Positions 50,842 through 60,665 of a stretch of DNA of 64,000 nt are shown here, piece after piece. This stretch comes from Anaerolineae bacterium (lineage in GTDB: Bacteria; Chloroflexota; Anaerolineae; UBA1429). The position numbers and the translations under genes were made by a program. The stretch spans positions 2,880,001 through 2,944,000 of the forward strand of contig OY776562.1 of assembly GCA_963675785.1 (NCBI GenBank), written 5' to 3'. A model generated the notes under the pieces. It saw only the letters and a list, made by a program, of their open reading frames with translations, was not told the origin of the DNA and did no database searches. Position 1 is the stretch's first letter. Every line of letters starts with the position of its first letter.

Positions 50842-52140
50842 ATGAATATCTATCTAACTGCCCTTGGGTGTCGCCTCAATCAGGCGGAGACCGAGGATAT
50901 GGCGCGCAAGCTCGAGACGCTCGGGCAAAATATCGTGGATGATGCCCAGATGGCTGATCGCATCGTCGTGAATACTTGCACGGTTACTCATGTAGCCGAT
51001 CGCAAGTCACGGCAGCTCATCAGGCGACTGCATCGCCTCAACCCTGCGGCGGGCATTGCCGTCACTGGCTGCTACGCCGAGACCTCTCGTGAGGTCATTG
51101 ACAAGTTGGATGGCGTTGACCTGGTGGTCAGTAACGGCGATAAAGAACGAATTGTCGAGCTTTTGTTGCAGCACGAACAGGTTCCCTTGCCCGTCGCGAT
51201 CGTTGCTTCTTCTGGTCCCCTTAAAAACGGCCACACCCGGGCCTTTGTCAAGATTCAGGACGGCTGTGACAACGCCTGTAGCTATTGCATCGTCACAATG
51301 GCACGTGGTGCCCAAAAGAGCCTGGCGCCAGAGCGGGTTATTGAGAGAATCTGCCGCCGTATAGATGAAGGCTACCGCGAGGTTGTCCTTACTGGTGTAC
51401 ATATCGGTGCCTATGGGCGTGATAGCCACCCTGCTGGCGCACTGCCGCCAGAAAAGGGTTGGTCTCTGGCCCGGCTGGTTCAGCGTATTTTGGACGAGAC
51501 AGATGTAGAGCGCCTCAGGCTCTCTTCGCTGGAACCCTGGGATTTCTCGAACGAGCTCCTGACCTTGTGGCATGATGAGCGCCTTTGCAATCATTTGCAT
51601 CTCCCCTTGCAGAGCGGCTCTGATGCGGTGCTCAAGGCCATGAACCGTGACTATACCACGGACTATTTCGCTCGCCTGGTTGAATCTTTGCGTGCCGCCA
51701 TCCCTAATCTCTCACTGACGACGGATGTCATCGTTGGCTTTCCAGGAGAGACGGATGCCCTTTTTGAAGAATCCACTCGGTTCGTCGAAGCCATGGCCTT
51801 TGCCAAGTTGCATATTTTTCGCTATTCGCCAAGACCAGGCACCTTGGCCGCTGAACTAGACGGGGCAGTACCTTCGCCTGTCATCGATGAGCGCGCCCGG
51901 CAACTTGCCGCTTTGTCTCGCAGGCTGGGATTGCGCTTTAACAGGCAATTCGTAGGCCAGCAGATGCAAGTGCTCTTTGAGCATTGCGCCGATGACTCGA
52001 CCTGGGATGGCCTGTCTACCAATTATTGCCGGGTCAAGGTCAAGAGCGAACAGGCTTTGCGAAACCATTTGGGCCAAGTGCTCGTCGAACGGGCTGATTC
52101 AGCCAGCCTAACGGGCCGATTGATTATGGAGGAAGGCTAG
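50842..52140 (+). CDS. mtaB: tRNA t6A37 methylthiotransferase MtaB
   Basis: LGCRLN, NTCTVT, VTGCY, KIQDGCDNACSYC, HLPLQSG and IVGFPGET. Confidence 0.9.
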   Translation: MNIYLTALGCRLNQAETEDMARKLETLGQNIVDDAQMADRIVVNTCTVTHVADRKSRQLIRRLHRLNPAAGIAVTGCYAETSREVIDKLDGVDLVVSNGDKERIVELLLQHEQVPLPVAIVASSGPLKNGHTRAFVKIQDGCDNACSYCIVTMARGAQKSLAPERVIERICRRIDEGYREVVLTGVHIGAYGRDSHPAGALPPEKGWSLARLVQRILDETDVERLRLSSLEPWDFSNELLTLWHDERLCNHLHLPLQSGSDAVLKAMNRDYTTDYFARLVESLRAAIPNLSLTTDVIVGFPGETDALFEESTRFVEAMAFAKLHIFRYSPRPGTLAAELDGAVPSPVIDERARQLAALSRRLGLRFNRQFVGQQMQVLFEHCADDSTWDGLSTNYCRVKVKSEQALRNHLGQVLVERADSASLTGRLIMEEG

Positions 52141-52913
52141 TGCCTTGGTTAGATACAGCAGAGAGGGCCGCACGCGCGGCTGGTCAGGCCATCATGGCGC
52201 ATTACCTTGGTCAACACCAGATCAAGGTCAAGGGGCTGAGAGATATTGCTACCGAAGCTGATCTGGCGGCTGAGGCTGCTGCATTGGCGGTGATACGGGC
52301 CGAATGCCCTCAGGGATTCATCGTTTCGGAAGAAAGCAACGGCGAATTTGTCGAGCATGCTGGGCAGATCACCTGGTTTGTGGACCCTCTGGATGGCACG
52401 ACCAATTATGCCCGCGGTTTGCCCAGTTTTTGCGTCTCTGTGGCTGCCGTTCTCGATGGCCATCCGATTGCCGGTGTAGTCTATGATCCCCTTGATGACC
52501 AACTCTTTGGCGCTGAGTACGGGCAGGGGGCCTACCTGGACGGCGTTCAGTTGCACGTGAGCGAACGCACGAACTTGGCCGAGAGCGTGGTGCTGGTTGA
52601 TTGGCCCCGCGATCAGACGCTTCGCCAGCAATCCGGGCGTTTTTTGGCAAGGGTTGCGCCCCAAGTCGATACGGTGCGCAGCTTTGGGGCAGCGGCCAAA
52701 GCCTTTTGTTACGTGGCTGCGGGCTGGGCAGATGTGTACCTGCAATTTACCTTGAGCCCTTGGGATGTGGCTGCGGGCATTCTCATTCTGGAAGAGGCTG
52801 GTGGGATGGTGACGGATTTGCGCGGCCTGCCCTACGAGTTAAGCCAAAAGAGCTGGCTGGCCAGTAATGGGCTTTTGCACCAGCATATGGTGGCTATGAA
52901 CCCTTATGCCTGA
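52140..52913 (+). CDS. Inositol monophosphatase family protein (SuhB-like)
   Basis: TEADL, SEE, WFVDPLDGTTNY and PWDVAAG. Confidence 0.9.
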   Translation: MPWLDTAERAARAAGQAIMAHYLGQHQIKVKGLRDIATEADLAAEAAALAVIRAECPQGFIVSEESNGEFVEHAGQITWFVDPLDGTTNYARGLPSFCVSVAAVLDGHPIAGVVYDPLDDQLFGAEYGQGAYLDGVQLHVSERTNLAESVVLVDWPRDQTLRQQSGRFLARVAPQVDTVRSFGAAAKAFCYVAAGWADVYLQFTLSPWDVAAGILILEEAGGMVTDLRGLPYELSQKSWLASNGLLHQHMVAMNPYA

Positions 52914-52919
52914 TTGAAT

Positions 52920-52950
52920 AAAAAAGAGGGGGCTCAAGCCCCCTCTTTTC
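52920..52950. terminator. Bidirectional intrinsic terminator
   Basis: AAAAGAGGGGGC-TCAA-GCCCCCTCTTTT between convergent genes. Confidence 0.88.
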
Positions 52951-52953
52951 CCG

Positions 52954-54096
52954 TTACAGCGCAGCCTCTAGAATGGCCAACACATCGTCGTGGCCTAAAG
53001 GCCGTGGATTGTGTTTGAGAGAGCTAGAGGGCAATGATTCGGCGATGATCTCTTTAAAAGCAGAGCGTTCTACGCCAAACTCGGCGAGATGCAGCGGGAT
53101 GCCCACGTTTTCGATGATGCTTTTCACCTTGTCGACGGCCTCACGAGCGGCCTGAGCCTCATCCATTGGCGCCTCATTTGAAAGCATTCGGGTAACGGCT
53201 GCATACTTGGTTTGGGCATAGTCGATGTTGTAGGCCATAGTATATGGCAGCAACAACCCGCAGACCGTACCGTGGGGAATATGGTATCGTGCGCCAAGTG
53301 GATGGGCCATGCCGTGTACACCGCCCAATCGGGCACTGCCCATGGCCATGCCGGCCATCAGGCTGCCGTAAGCCATATCTTCACGGGCGGCTAGGTTGCT
53401 CCCATCCTGATAGGCGGCTTCCAATGAATTGCCGATGAGCTGGACAGCACGCCTGGCCAAGGCGTCGGTGATGGGCGAAGCGCCGATTGAGGTATAAGCC
53501 TCGATGGCTTGGCATAGGGCGTCACTGCCCGAGCTGGCTGTCACCTTGGGCGGCAACGACAGGGTCAATTCTGGATCGACGATGGCCGTCCGTGCATACC
53601 AACGGTCATCGCGAATACTTTGCTTGATGCCGGTGGCTGCATCGGTCAAAACGGCATTCTTGGTTACTTCAGCTCCTGTGCCAGAGGTAGTAGGGATGGC
53701 GATAAACGGCAGTCCGTTCGCCGTGATGGCTTTGCCTTGAAAGTAATCCCTCACCGATCCTTCCAGTCCCGCCAGGCCAGCGATGGCTTTGGCCGTATCC
53801 ATGGGGCTGCCCCCACCCATGCCAATAACCATCTCGATGTGGTTTGCTGCGGCGAGTTCGAGCCCTCGTTCTACCATCTCTAGCTCGGGCTCGGCGGCAA
53901 TACCCTCGTAAAGGGTAACTTGAACGCCGGCCTGGATTAGAATCTCTGTAGCGCGTTCGACATAACCGGCGCTTTTGGCGGATTTTCCGCCGCAGACTAG
54001 TAGGGCGCTCTGTCCCAAGGCCGCTGCCTCTTTGCCCAATTCGTTCAAGGCGCCACATGCGGCAATAATGTGCGTCGGCAGATAATAGGTATTCAA
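52954..54096 (-). CDS. Iron-containing alcohol dehydrogenase family
   Basis: GGGSPMDTAK, PTTSGTGAE, DALCQAIE, HGMAH and HG. The first metal-binding His appears replaced by Q. Confidence 0.88.
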   Translation of the reverse strand: MNTYYLPTHIIAACGALNELGKEAAALGQSALLVCGGKSAKSAGYVERATEILIQAGVQVTLYEGIAAEPELEMVERGLELAAANHIEMVIGMGGGSPMDTAKAIAGLAGLEGSVRDYFQGKAITANGLPFIAIPTTSGTGAEVTKNAVLTDAATGIKQSIRDDRWYARTAIVDPELTLSLPPKVTASSGSDALCQAIEAYTSIGASPITDALARRAVQLIGNSLEAAYQDGSNLAAREDMAYGSLMAGMAMGSARLGGVHGMAHPLGARYHIPHGTVCGLLLPYTMAYNIDYAQTKYAAVTRMLSNEAPMDEAQAAREAVDKVKSIIENVGIPLHLAEFGVERSAFKEIIAESLPSSSLKHNPRPLGHDDVLAILEAAL

Positions 54097-54097
54097 T

Positions 54098-55306
54098 CTA
54101 GGCTCCTCTGGCTTTTTCGGGCTCTTCGATGTAATCGATATCGATGGAGAACGGTTGCTGTCCCAGGAACTGTCCCATCAATCTGGCTTCTTCGGCAATC
54201 AGAGCCAGTTGGGTGGGCGTCATTACCTCAAAGGTGCGAATTACGACACGGTCATAACGATCTCGTTGCCACCAGATGCCCACCGCTCTCCCCTCATAGA
54301 GAACGACTCCCGTCGAATCGCCGGTCCAATCGTACACGCGATCCAGATTGTCTCGGTCGATAAAGCGCGCGTTATCTCGATAGGCCATCATATAACTATC
54401 TCGTGGGGAAAGTAGATTGGTGATTTGCCTGGGTCGAGGCGGGTTGAGCAGCATGCCGATATCTTCAGTCAGAACATAGTATTCGCCAGGATAGTCTCGC
54501 AGTTCTAGTCGCGATACCTTTGTGCCAAGGCGATACAGTGCTGAGACGATCTCGCCACGTCGTACGGCACCGATCCAATGGACGATATCGCCAACTGTAG
54601 CCGGGCCAAAGGCCCTGAGGTAGCGTAAAATTATCGTGGCAATGGCTTCCTCAGATGAAATGGCATCCAAACTCACTGCTGGGAGCCAAGAGGACAAGGC
54701 CGCAAAGCGATAATGGTCACTGCGCCAGCTTCCCTGGATATCTGCTCGGACCAGAATGCCGCGGGCACACATGGCCGGTACCAGACGATCTCCTAACCTA
54801 CTGGTGCCCAGCTCTTTCTTGCCGGGGGCATCGGGAATGCGCTTACCAAGTTCGGGAATGCGATCCATTAGTTCTTCGATGGTGCAAGCGCCGCGAGCAC
54901 TCAACACGTCGAGCACGTGAGAGGCGAGCGTAGCAATGTGCGGCTCTTGGTCATCATTCGCACTGCCGAAGTTCTCTAGGTATTCATAGAGGTCGGTAGG
55001 AACAAGAGCTTCTCGCACATGGTGATAGGCGGCGTAATCCTCAGAGGGAATGATAAAGAGATCACTTTGCATTGCTGGGATGCGGACGAGTGTGCGGTCG
55101 GTGTGCAAAGCCTGGTCGAGCAAGATGGGCTTTTGGTTCCGCGCACGAGCCCATAACGAGAGGTGAGCTGTTACACCAGGGATGGCGCGTACAGGCCCGG
55201 CTTGTTTGCACAATTGAACAGCGCTACCGTAATGATCTGTATGCAACAGTCCCTGTCTATAGAGGCTGAAAAAGGTTAGATTTTCTAGATTTACACGTAA
55301 TGGCAT
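54098..55306 (-). CDS. AlkZ/YcaQ-like (HTH_42) winged-helix DNA glycosylase-family protein
   Basis: RQGL, LSLWAR, YLRAFGPATVGDI..W.G, LL..RDSYMM.Y and G.VL..GRAVG.W. Confidence 0.75.
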   Translation of the reverse strand: MPLRVNLENLTFFSLYRQGLLHTDHYGSAVQLCKQAGPVRAIPGVTAHLSLWARARNQKPILLDQALHTDRTLVRIPAMQSDLFIIPSEDYAAYHHVREALVPTDLYEYLENFGSANDDQEPHIATLASHVLDVLSARGACTIEELMDRIPELGKRIPDAPGKKELGTSRLGDRLVPAMCARGILVRADIQGSWRSDHYRFAALSSWLPAVSLDAISSEEAIATIILRYLRAFGPATVGDIVHWIGAVRRGEIVSALYRLGTKVSRLELRDYPGEYYVLTEDIGMLLNPPRPRQITNLLSPRDSYMMAYRDNARFIDRDNLDRVYDWTGDSTGVVLYEGRAVGIWWQRDRYDRVVIRTFEVMTPTQLALIAEEARLMGQFLGQQPFSIDIDYIEEPEKARGA

Positions 55307-55386
55307 GCGACTTTTCTGCTAAAACAGCATACCCTGATCTGCCATTCTGATTATAGCACATGCGCCAAGTTCCCTCCGCAGAGCAT

Positions 55387-55887
55387 TTATCGGAGAGAGA
55401 AATGCATCAAGCCAGTCTCATCTGAAGTATAGAGGCCGTATACAATTTCATCCTTTGAATTGGCGATGCGTGGTAGCAGTTCGGCTAGATTCTCTACTAG
55501 ATCGTCGGTCGGCAAGTTCGTCAGGAGGTGCCATTCCAGAGAGCCCTCATCGCTGGGAGTGATTTCTCCTGTAGCCTGGTTACCGACAAAGACATTGAGG
55601 ACAACACCTGGGGCTTGGCCTTGTCCCTGAATATGGATCAGAGCGGCCAAACGTGCATCTACGAGTTCAAGACCGGTTTCCTCGTGAAATTCGCGCAAGG
55701 CTGATTCACGAATATCCTCGCCGGCTTCGACATGACCGCCGATGCCGTTCAGATGATTGGCCCACAGACGCTTGGTGGAGGCACCGCGTAAGAGCAATAC
55801 ATGATCTCGCTGGATCAAAAAGACAAGTGTGCAGGGGACGATGGTATAACGATGCGTGTCGATGGTGCCTTGTTCACTAAACTGCAT
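55387..55887 (-). CDS. NUDIX hydrolase, MutT/8-oxo-dGTPase-like
   Basis: NGIGGHVEAGE..SALREFHEETGL and SDEGSLEW. Confidence 0.85.
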   Translation of the reverse strand: MQFSEQGTIDTHRYTIVPCTLVFLIQRDHVLLLRGASTKRLWANHLNGIGGHVEAGEDIRESALREFHEETGLELVDARLAALIHIQGQGQAPGVVLNVFVGNQATGEITPSDEGSLEWHLLTNLPTDDLVENLAELLPRIANSKDEIVYGLYTSDETGLMHFSLR

Positions 55888-56482
55888 GAATGCTCTTTTC
55901 CTTACCAGCGAAAGGTGCCTGTGAAAGAATCGTGTAAACAGGCCCCGAGGAAATGAGTACGCTACGATAGAGCGTCAACGAGTTGGCAACCCACCCCATC
56001 TGAGTGATACGTGTCTCTTGTAATGACGCACCAAGAGCTGCCAGAGTTTCATTGCGAGCGTCGCGCTTTGCCCTGCCAAGTGTCAAGTGGGGCTGAAAGG
56101 GGCGGCTCTCGGCAGCCAAGCCCAAGGCGATGGATGCTCGTTCTATTTTTTCCGCCAGAAGCGACAATTGATTGTCGCTATCTCGCAGGCCGGCCCAGAT
56201 AATACGCGGCTGGCGCGTATTGGGAAAGCAGCCCAGTTGGGCGAGCGATAATTCGAATGGGGTAATTTCTGCGCAACAGGTTGAGAGCACTTTGGCTAGA
56301 TTGTCGATTCGGCTCTGCTCAACCTCTCCATAGAATTTGATGGTCAAGTGTATCTGCTCGGGGGCAGTCCAGCGGGTAGCTTTGCCTCCAGGGGCAGCAG
56401 CCAGTTTTTTCTGCATTGCAAAAAGGGCCTCGCGAATGTCTTGGGGCAGTTCGAGGGCTGCAAAAGTGCGCCAGGTCGTCAT
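55877..56482 (-). CDS. thpR: RNA 2',3'-cyclic phosphodiesterase (2H family)
   Basis: RTFAAL, HLTIKF, PRIIWAG, PHLTLGR and GPVY. Confidence 0.9.
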   Translation of the reverse strand: MTTWRTFAALELPQDIREALFAMQKKLAAAPGGKATRWTAPEQIHLTIKFYGEVEQSRIDNLAKVLSTCCAEITPFELSLAQLGCFPNTRQPRIIWAGLRDSDNQLSLLAEKIERASIALGLAAESRPFQPHLTLGRAKRDARNETLAALGASLQETRITQMGWVANSLTLYRSVLISSGPVYTILSQAPFAGKEKSIHAV

Positions 56483-56483
56483 A

Positions 56484-57335
56484 TCAAGTTTCTTCTTCCA
56501 AGGGGATGTTCAATAATCGGGCGGCGTTTAGGCACATAAAGGCATTCAGATCGGTTTCATCCAATCCAAGCCGCTGAACATGCTGAACAAAGCGCTCTTG
56601 GCCGATAAGCGGGTAATCTGTGCCAAAGAGCAACCGTTCCCTGGCCAGTTCTAGGCCGATGCGAAAAGCGCGATCGTCATAGAGATAAAGCAAAGCAGCC
56701 GAATCATAATAGACATTCTGCAGAGCCGCCTGCACTTCGGGCATCGTTTCATAATAAACAAGCCCCCCGCCCCAGTGAGCAAAGACCAAGCGAGCTTGGG
56801 GGTGGCGTTCGGCTAGCAACAGGGCAGCTTTGGGCCCAGGCCCAGATTTGCCAGCATAGTTGTGCCCGAAAAGTTCGTTGATATGAATCATGACAGGTTT
56901 GTTCAAGGCCTGCGCTGTGGCGATCAACAAATCCGTGGCTGGGTCATTCAAGCCAAAGCCTTGCCCGTGGGGCATAAGTTCACCAAAGCCCTGGGCTCCT
57001 CGCTCGGCCAGATGCCGCATCTCATCAACTAAATTCTCATCCTTGGGCGAGACCAAGACAAAGGGCAACAGCTGGTCAGCACTCTCTGCGGCGTTTTCAA
57101 GTACATAGTCGTTGCAAACCTGGCGCAGGCTCAGATTGACAAAGGGGAACCCAAAGGTGATAGAGTGGGCGATGCCTGCCTGGGCCATAGAGGCCAGCAA
57201 TTGCTCGGCATCCACCATCTTTGCCTTGGGCGAGCTGTACAGTTCGCCAAACCAGGGTTCGTCCTGGGCAATTTCCACTCGCTGAGAGATGATCTCGGGA
57301 GGAAAGATGTGCGTGTGCATGTCAATGATCTTCAT
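56484..57335 (-). CDS. Amidohydrolase_2 family protein
   Basis: IDMHTH, GFGE, IH, AHWGGG, YDSA and FGTDYP. Confidence 0.88.
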   Translation of the reverse strand: MKIIDMHTHIFPPEIISQRVEIAQDEPWFGELYSSPKAKMVDAEQLLASMAQAGIAHSITFGFPFVNLSLRQVCNDYVLENAAESADQLLPFVLVSPKDENLVDEMRHLAERGAQGFGELMPHGQGFGLNDPATDLLIATAQALNKPVMIHINELFGHNYAGKSGPGPKAALLLAERHPQARLVFAHWGGGLVYYETMPEVQAALQNVYYDSAALLYLYDDRAFRIGLELARERLLFGTDYPLIGQERFVQHVQRLGLDETDLNAFMCLNAARLLNIPLEEET

Positions 57336-57392
57336 ACTCCTATTCTGGCTGTCGCGTTCAGCGTGTCAAGATGTCGCGTGCAACGGTATCAT

Positions 57393-57420
57393 TTGACACT
57401 CTTAATGCTTGATGTATACT
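57393..57420 (+). promoter_or_regulatory. Promoter of the tRNA-Ala pair
   Basis: TTGACA-16 bp-TATACT. Confidence 0.7.
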
Positions 57421-57440
57421 GTGAAGCGTCGTTGGACTGG

Positions 57441-57513
57441 GGGGCTGTAGCTCAGCTGGGAGAGCGCATCAATCGCACTGATGAGGCCAGGGGTTCGAAT
57501 CCCCTCAGCTCCA
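57441..57513 (+). tRNA. tRNA-Ala(CGC)
   Basis: GGGGCTG/CAGCTCC acceptor with G3:U70, anticodon arm CATCA-ATCGCAC-TGATG, T-loop TTCGAAT. No CCA. Confidence 0.95.
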
Positions 57514-57539
57514 CTCGGTGGCCTGTAACAATATAATAT

Positions 57540-57612
<73 letters not shown>

Positions 57613-57654
57613 CTCAACACCCCTTAACCCTGCCAGCACAGGGTAATAATTGGA

Positions 57655-57690
57655 CCCCTTCGTTGTGATGGCGAAGGGGAATTTTTGTTT
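57655..57690 (+). terminator. Probable terminator after the tRNA pair
   Basis: CCCCTTCG..CGAAGGGG stem followed by AATTTTTGTTT. Confidence 0.65.
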
Positions 57691-57770
57691 GTATGTCCTA
57701 GTTTTCAATAGCAGCAGCGCTAGCTGCTCTAGGGATAGCGGCTATATCGAGTGCCTTAGGAGGTTGCACG

Positions 57771-60578
57771 ATGCAGGATAGGGAAAAGGCCCCGGAATAT
57801 CGGGCCCAAGAGATCGAAGCCAAGTGGCAAAGGCGATGGGATGAATCCGGCCTATACAAGATGGTCGAGGATCCCAGTCGTCCCAAGCACTATGCGCTAA
57901 CGATGCTACCCTATACCTCAGGTGATCTTCATATTGGCCACTGGTACGCTATGTCGCCTTCGGATTCCAAGGCGCGCTATATGCGGATGAAGGGTTACAA
58001 CGTCTTTTTCCCCATGGGCTTTGATGCCTTTGGCTTGCCCGCGGAAAATGCGGCCATCAAGCATGGCATCCATCCTCGTGAGTGGACCTTTAAGAACATC
58101 GAACACATGCGCCACCAACTTTGTAGTATGGGCGCTAGTTTCGCCTGGGATAACGAGGCTGTAACCTGCCTGCCTGGATTCTATAAATGGACGGAGTGGT
58201 TCTTTTTAAAGATGTACGAAATGGGCCTGGCTTACCGCAAAAAGTCGCCTGTGGACTTTTGCCCAACCTGCAATACAACCCTGGCTCGTGAGCAGGTTTG
58301 GGGTGATGATCGCCATTGTGAGCGCTGCGGTACGCCGGTGATCAAAAAAGACCTAGAGCAGTGGTTCTTCCGTATTACCGATTATGCAGACCAATTGCTC
58401 GAAGGGTTGGATCGCATTGATTGGCCAGAGCGCATTAAGACGATGCAGCGCAACTGGATCGGTCGCAGTGAGGGCGCCCAGGTTACCTTTAAATCCGAGC
58501 AAGGCGACGATATCGTCGTCTTTACCACCCGTCCTGATACCTTGTGGGGGGCTACTTTTATGGTGCTGGCCCCCGAGCATCCTCTTGTCGATAAACTTGC
58601 CGCAGATGAGTGCATGGCTGATATCGAGGGATACCGCAATCAGGCGGCGCGTCAGAGTGAGATTGAGCGCTTGGCGACTGATAAAGAAAAGACGGGGCTG
58701 TTTATTGGCGCTTATGCCGTAAACCCCGTCAATGGCAAGCGTATCCCTATCTGGATCGCGGACTATGTCATGCTCACCTATGGAACGGGCGCCATTATGG
58801 CCGTGCCAGCTCATGACGAACGCGATTTTGCCTTTGCGGTTAAATTCGGTCTGCCCATTGTGCCCGTCATCGGCCGACTGGATCATATCTCCAAGAGCAT
58901 GGTGCCTCAACCGGCCGCTGATGATGGGCTGGAAGCAGCGTTTACTGAGGCGGGTATACGCTTTGAGCTTGTAGATGGGGCTTACTGCATCACTTTGAAA
59001 TCTCCAGAGCAGGTTTCGGCCTATGTGGCCACTGTTCAAGCGCATCTCAAATCGGGCGCCTGGGTGGATGTGGTTGGTGCTCAGTGGCTGACCGTATTTG
59101 CCGATGAAATTATCGTTTTTGATTCGGTGGAAACGCAGTCGCGCATTCTGGCGCGGATCAAGGCTTTGTGCGATTGCCCCGAGGTCCAAGAGGCACGTAC
59201 CTATATGGAGTTCCTGGATAGCGTCGAATGGTATCAGGACGTGCTCTTCCATGCCGAATATGGCGAGATGATTCACTCGGCTGAATTCAGCGGCACGCCG
59301 GGCGATGTAGCCAAGGGCCAAGTCATTTCCTGGCTTTCGGAGAAGGGTATTGGCTGCGCCGAAGTGAATTACCGTCTGCGTGACTGGCTGATAAGCCGTC
59401 AGCGCTATTGGGGTGCGCCCATCCCCATGGTTTATTGCGACGAGTGTGGCATTGTGCCGGTACCTTTTGAGGATTTGCCGGTATTGTTGCCTGATGATGC
59501 CGAGTTTATGCCCACGGGCGAATCGCCGCTCAAGTACCACAAGGCCTTTTATGAGACAACTTGCCCCAAGTGCGGCGGTCCGGCCAAGCGTGAGACGGAT
59601 ACCATGGATACGTTCATGTGTTCGTCGTGGTATCAGTATGCCTACGTTAGCCCCTACTATGAGGGCGAGACGCCGATTGACCCGGCAAAGGGTGCTTACT
59701 GGCTCCCAGTAGATCAGTATACAGGTGGTGTGGAACATGCCACCATGCATCTAATGTATACACGCTTCTTTACCAAAGTGATGCACGATATGGGACTGGT
59801 GGATTTTGATGAACCCATGCTCAGGCTCTTTACCCAGGGCATTATTCTGGGTGAAGACAATGAAAAGATGTCCAAGTCACGCGGCAACGTGGTCAACCCG
59901 GATGACTATGTGTCGACCGTTGGTGCTGACGCGGTGCGCGCGTTCATTATGTTCATTGGTCCCTGGGAGCTTGGCGGTAGTTGGGTATCGACAGGTATTG
60001 ACGGCATTACGCGCTTTATGAATAGGGTGTGGAGTGTTGTTCTTGAACCGCGTGACGAACCCCAAAAGCCAGCTACAGCCAAAGAAATTGCTGATCTGCG
60101 CCGTTTGACGCACAAGACCATACACCGTGTAACGGATGATATCGAGGTTTTCAAGTTCAACACCATGTTGGCTGCCTTGATGGAATTCAACAACTATTTG
60201 CTCAAAGCCAAGGATACGGACGTATATGGCACAGAGGCCTGGGCAGAGGCAGTTGAAAGCATGGTGTTGATGTGTGCACCTATCATGCCGCATATTACCG
60301 AAGAGCTCTGGGAACTGATGGGCAAACCCTATAGTGTGCATCAGCAAAGTTGGCCAGCGTGGAGCGAAGAACTGGCTGCTGACGACGTAGTAACCATCGT
60401 CATTCAGGTGAATGGCAAAGTCCGTGCGCGTCTTCAAGTTCCGGCAGACATTACAGATGAGGACGCCAACACCTTGGCGTTGGCCCAGGAAAACGTTCAA
60501 CGTTACATTGAAGGCAAAAAGATCGTCAAGCAGGTCTATGTGCCGGGTCGGCTGGTGAATATTGTAGTGCGCGGCTAA
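57771..60578 (+). CDS. leuS: Leucine-tRNA ligase with a large internal insertion
   Basis: HIGH, GFDAFGLPAENAA, FTTRPDT, AVPAHDERD, DWLISRQRYWG, KMSKS and IQVNGK. Confidence 0.97.
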   Translation: MQDREKAPEYRAQEIEAKWQRRWDESGLYKMVEDPSRPKHYALTMLPYTSGDLHIGHWYAMSPSDSKARYMRMKGYNVFFPMGFDAFGLPAENAAIKHGIHPREWTFKNIEHMRHQLCSMGASFAWDNEAVTCLPGFYKWTEWFFLKMYEMGLAYRKKSPVDFCPTCNTTLAREQVWGDDRHCERCGTPVIKKDLEQWFFRITDYADQLLEGLDRIDWPERIKTMQRNWIGRSEGAQVTFKSEQGDDIVVFTTRPDTLWGATFMVLAPEHPLVDKLAADECMADIEGYRNQAARQSEIERLATDKEKTGLFIGAYAVNPVNGKRIPIWIADYVMLTYGTGAIMAVPAHDERDFAFAVKFGLPIVPVIGRLDHISKSMVPQPAADDGLEAAFTEAGIRFELVDGAYCITLKSPEQVSAYVATVQAHLKSGAWVDVVGAQWLTVFADEIIVFDSVETQSRILARIKALCDCPEVQEARTYMEFLDSVEWYQDVLFHAEYGEMIHSAEFSGTPGDVAKGQVISWLSEKGIGCAEVNYRLRDWLISRQRYWGAPIPMVYCDECGIVPVPFEDLPVLLPDDAEFMPTGESPLKYHKAFYETTCPKCGGPAKRETDTMDTFMCSSWYQYAYVSPYYEGETPIDPAKGAYWLPVDQYTGGVEHATMHLMYTRFFTKVMHDMGLVDFDEPMLRLFTQGIILGEDNEKMSKSRGNVVNPDDYVSTVGADAVRAFIMFIGPWELGGSWVSTGIDGITRFMNRVWSVVLEPRDEPQKPATAKEIADLRRLTHKTIHRVTDDIEVFKFNTMLAALMEFNNYLLKAKDTDVYGTEAWAEAVESMVLMCAPIMPHITEELWELMGKPYSVHQQSWPAWSEELAADDVVTIVIQVNGKVRARLQVPADITDEDANTLALAQENVQRYIEGKKIVKQVYVPGRLVNIVVRG

Positions 60579-60596
60579 GGCATTAAGCGCTTGTCC

Positions 60597-60625
60597 TTGA
60601 CACTGCTCTGACTGTTTTCTAGAAT
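60597..60625 (+). promoter_or_regulatory. Sigma70-type promoter of the lipoprotein gene
   Basis: TTGACA-17 bp-TAGAAT. Confidence 0.7.
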
Positions 60626-60665
60626 CGCGGTGCTTGCTTGCCGGTGCGCTTGAAGGAGTTGCCAC

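Noticed and set aside
57613-57770. Possible T-box leader for leuS
   Set aside because: Hairpins are present, but there is no T-box GGTGGxACC motif or Stem I/specifier, and the region is short. The main hairpin is explained as the tRNA terminator.
58875-59245. Intein in leuS
   Set aside because: No intein N-terminal C/S block, C-terminal HN or endonuclease motifs.
58353-59750. 465-aa - strand ORF
   Set aside because: It is an antisense shadow of leuS.
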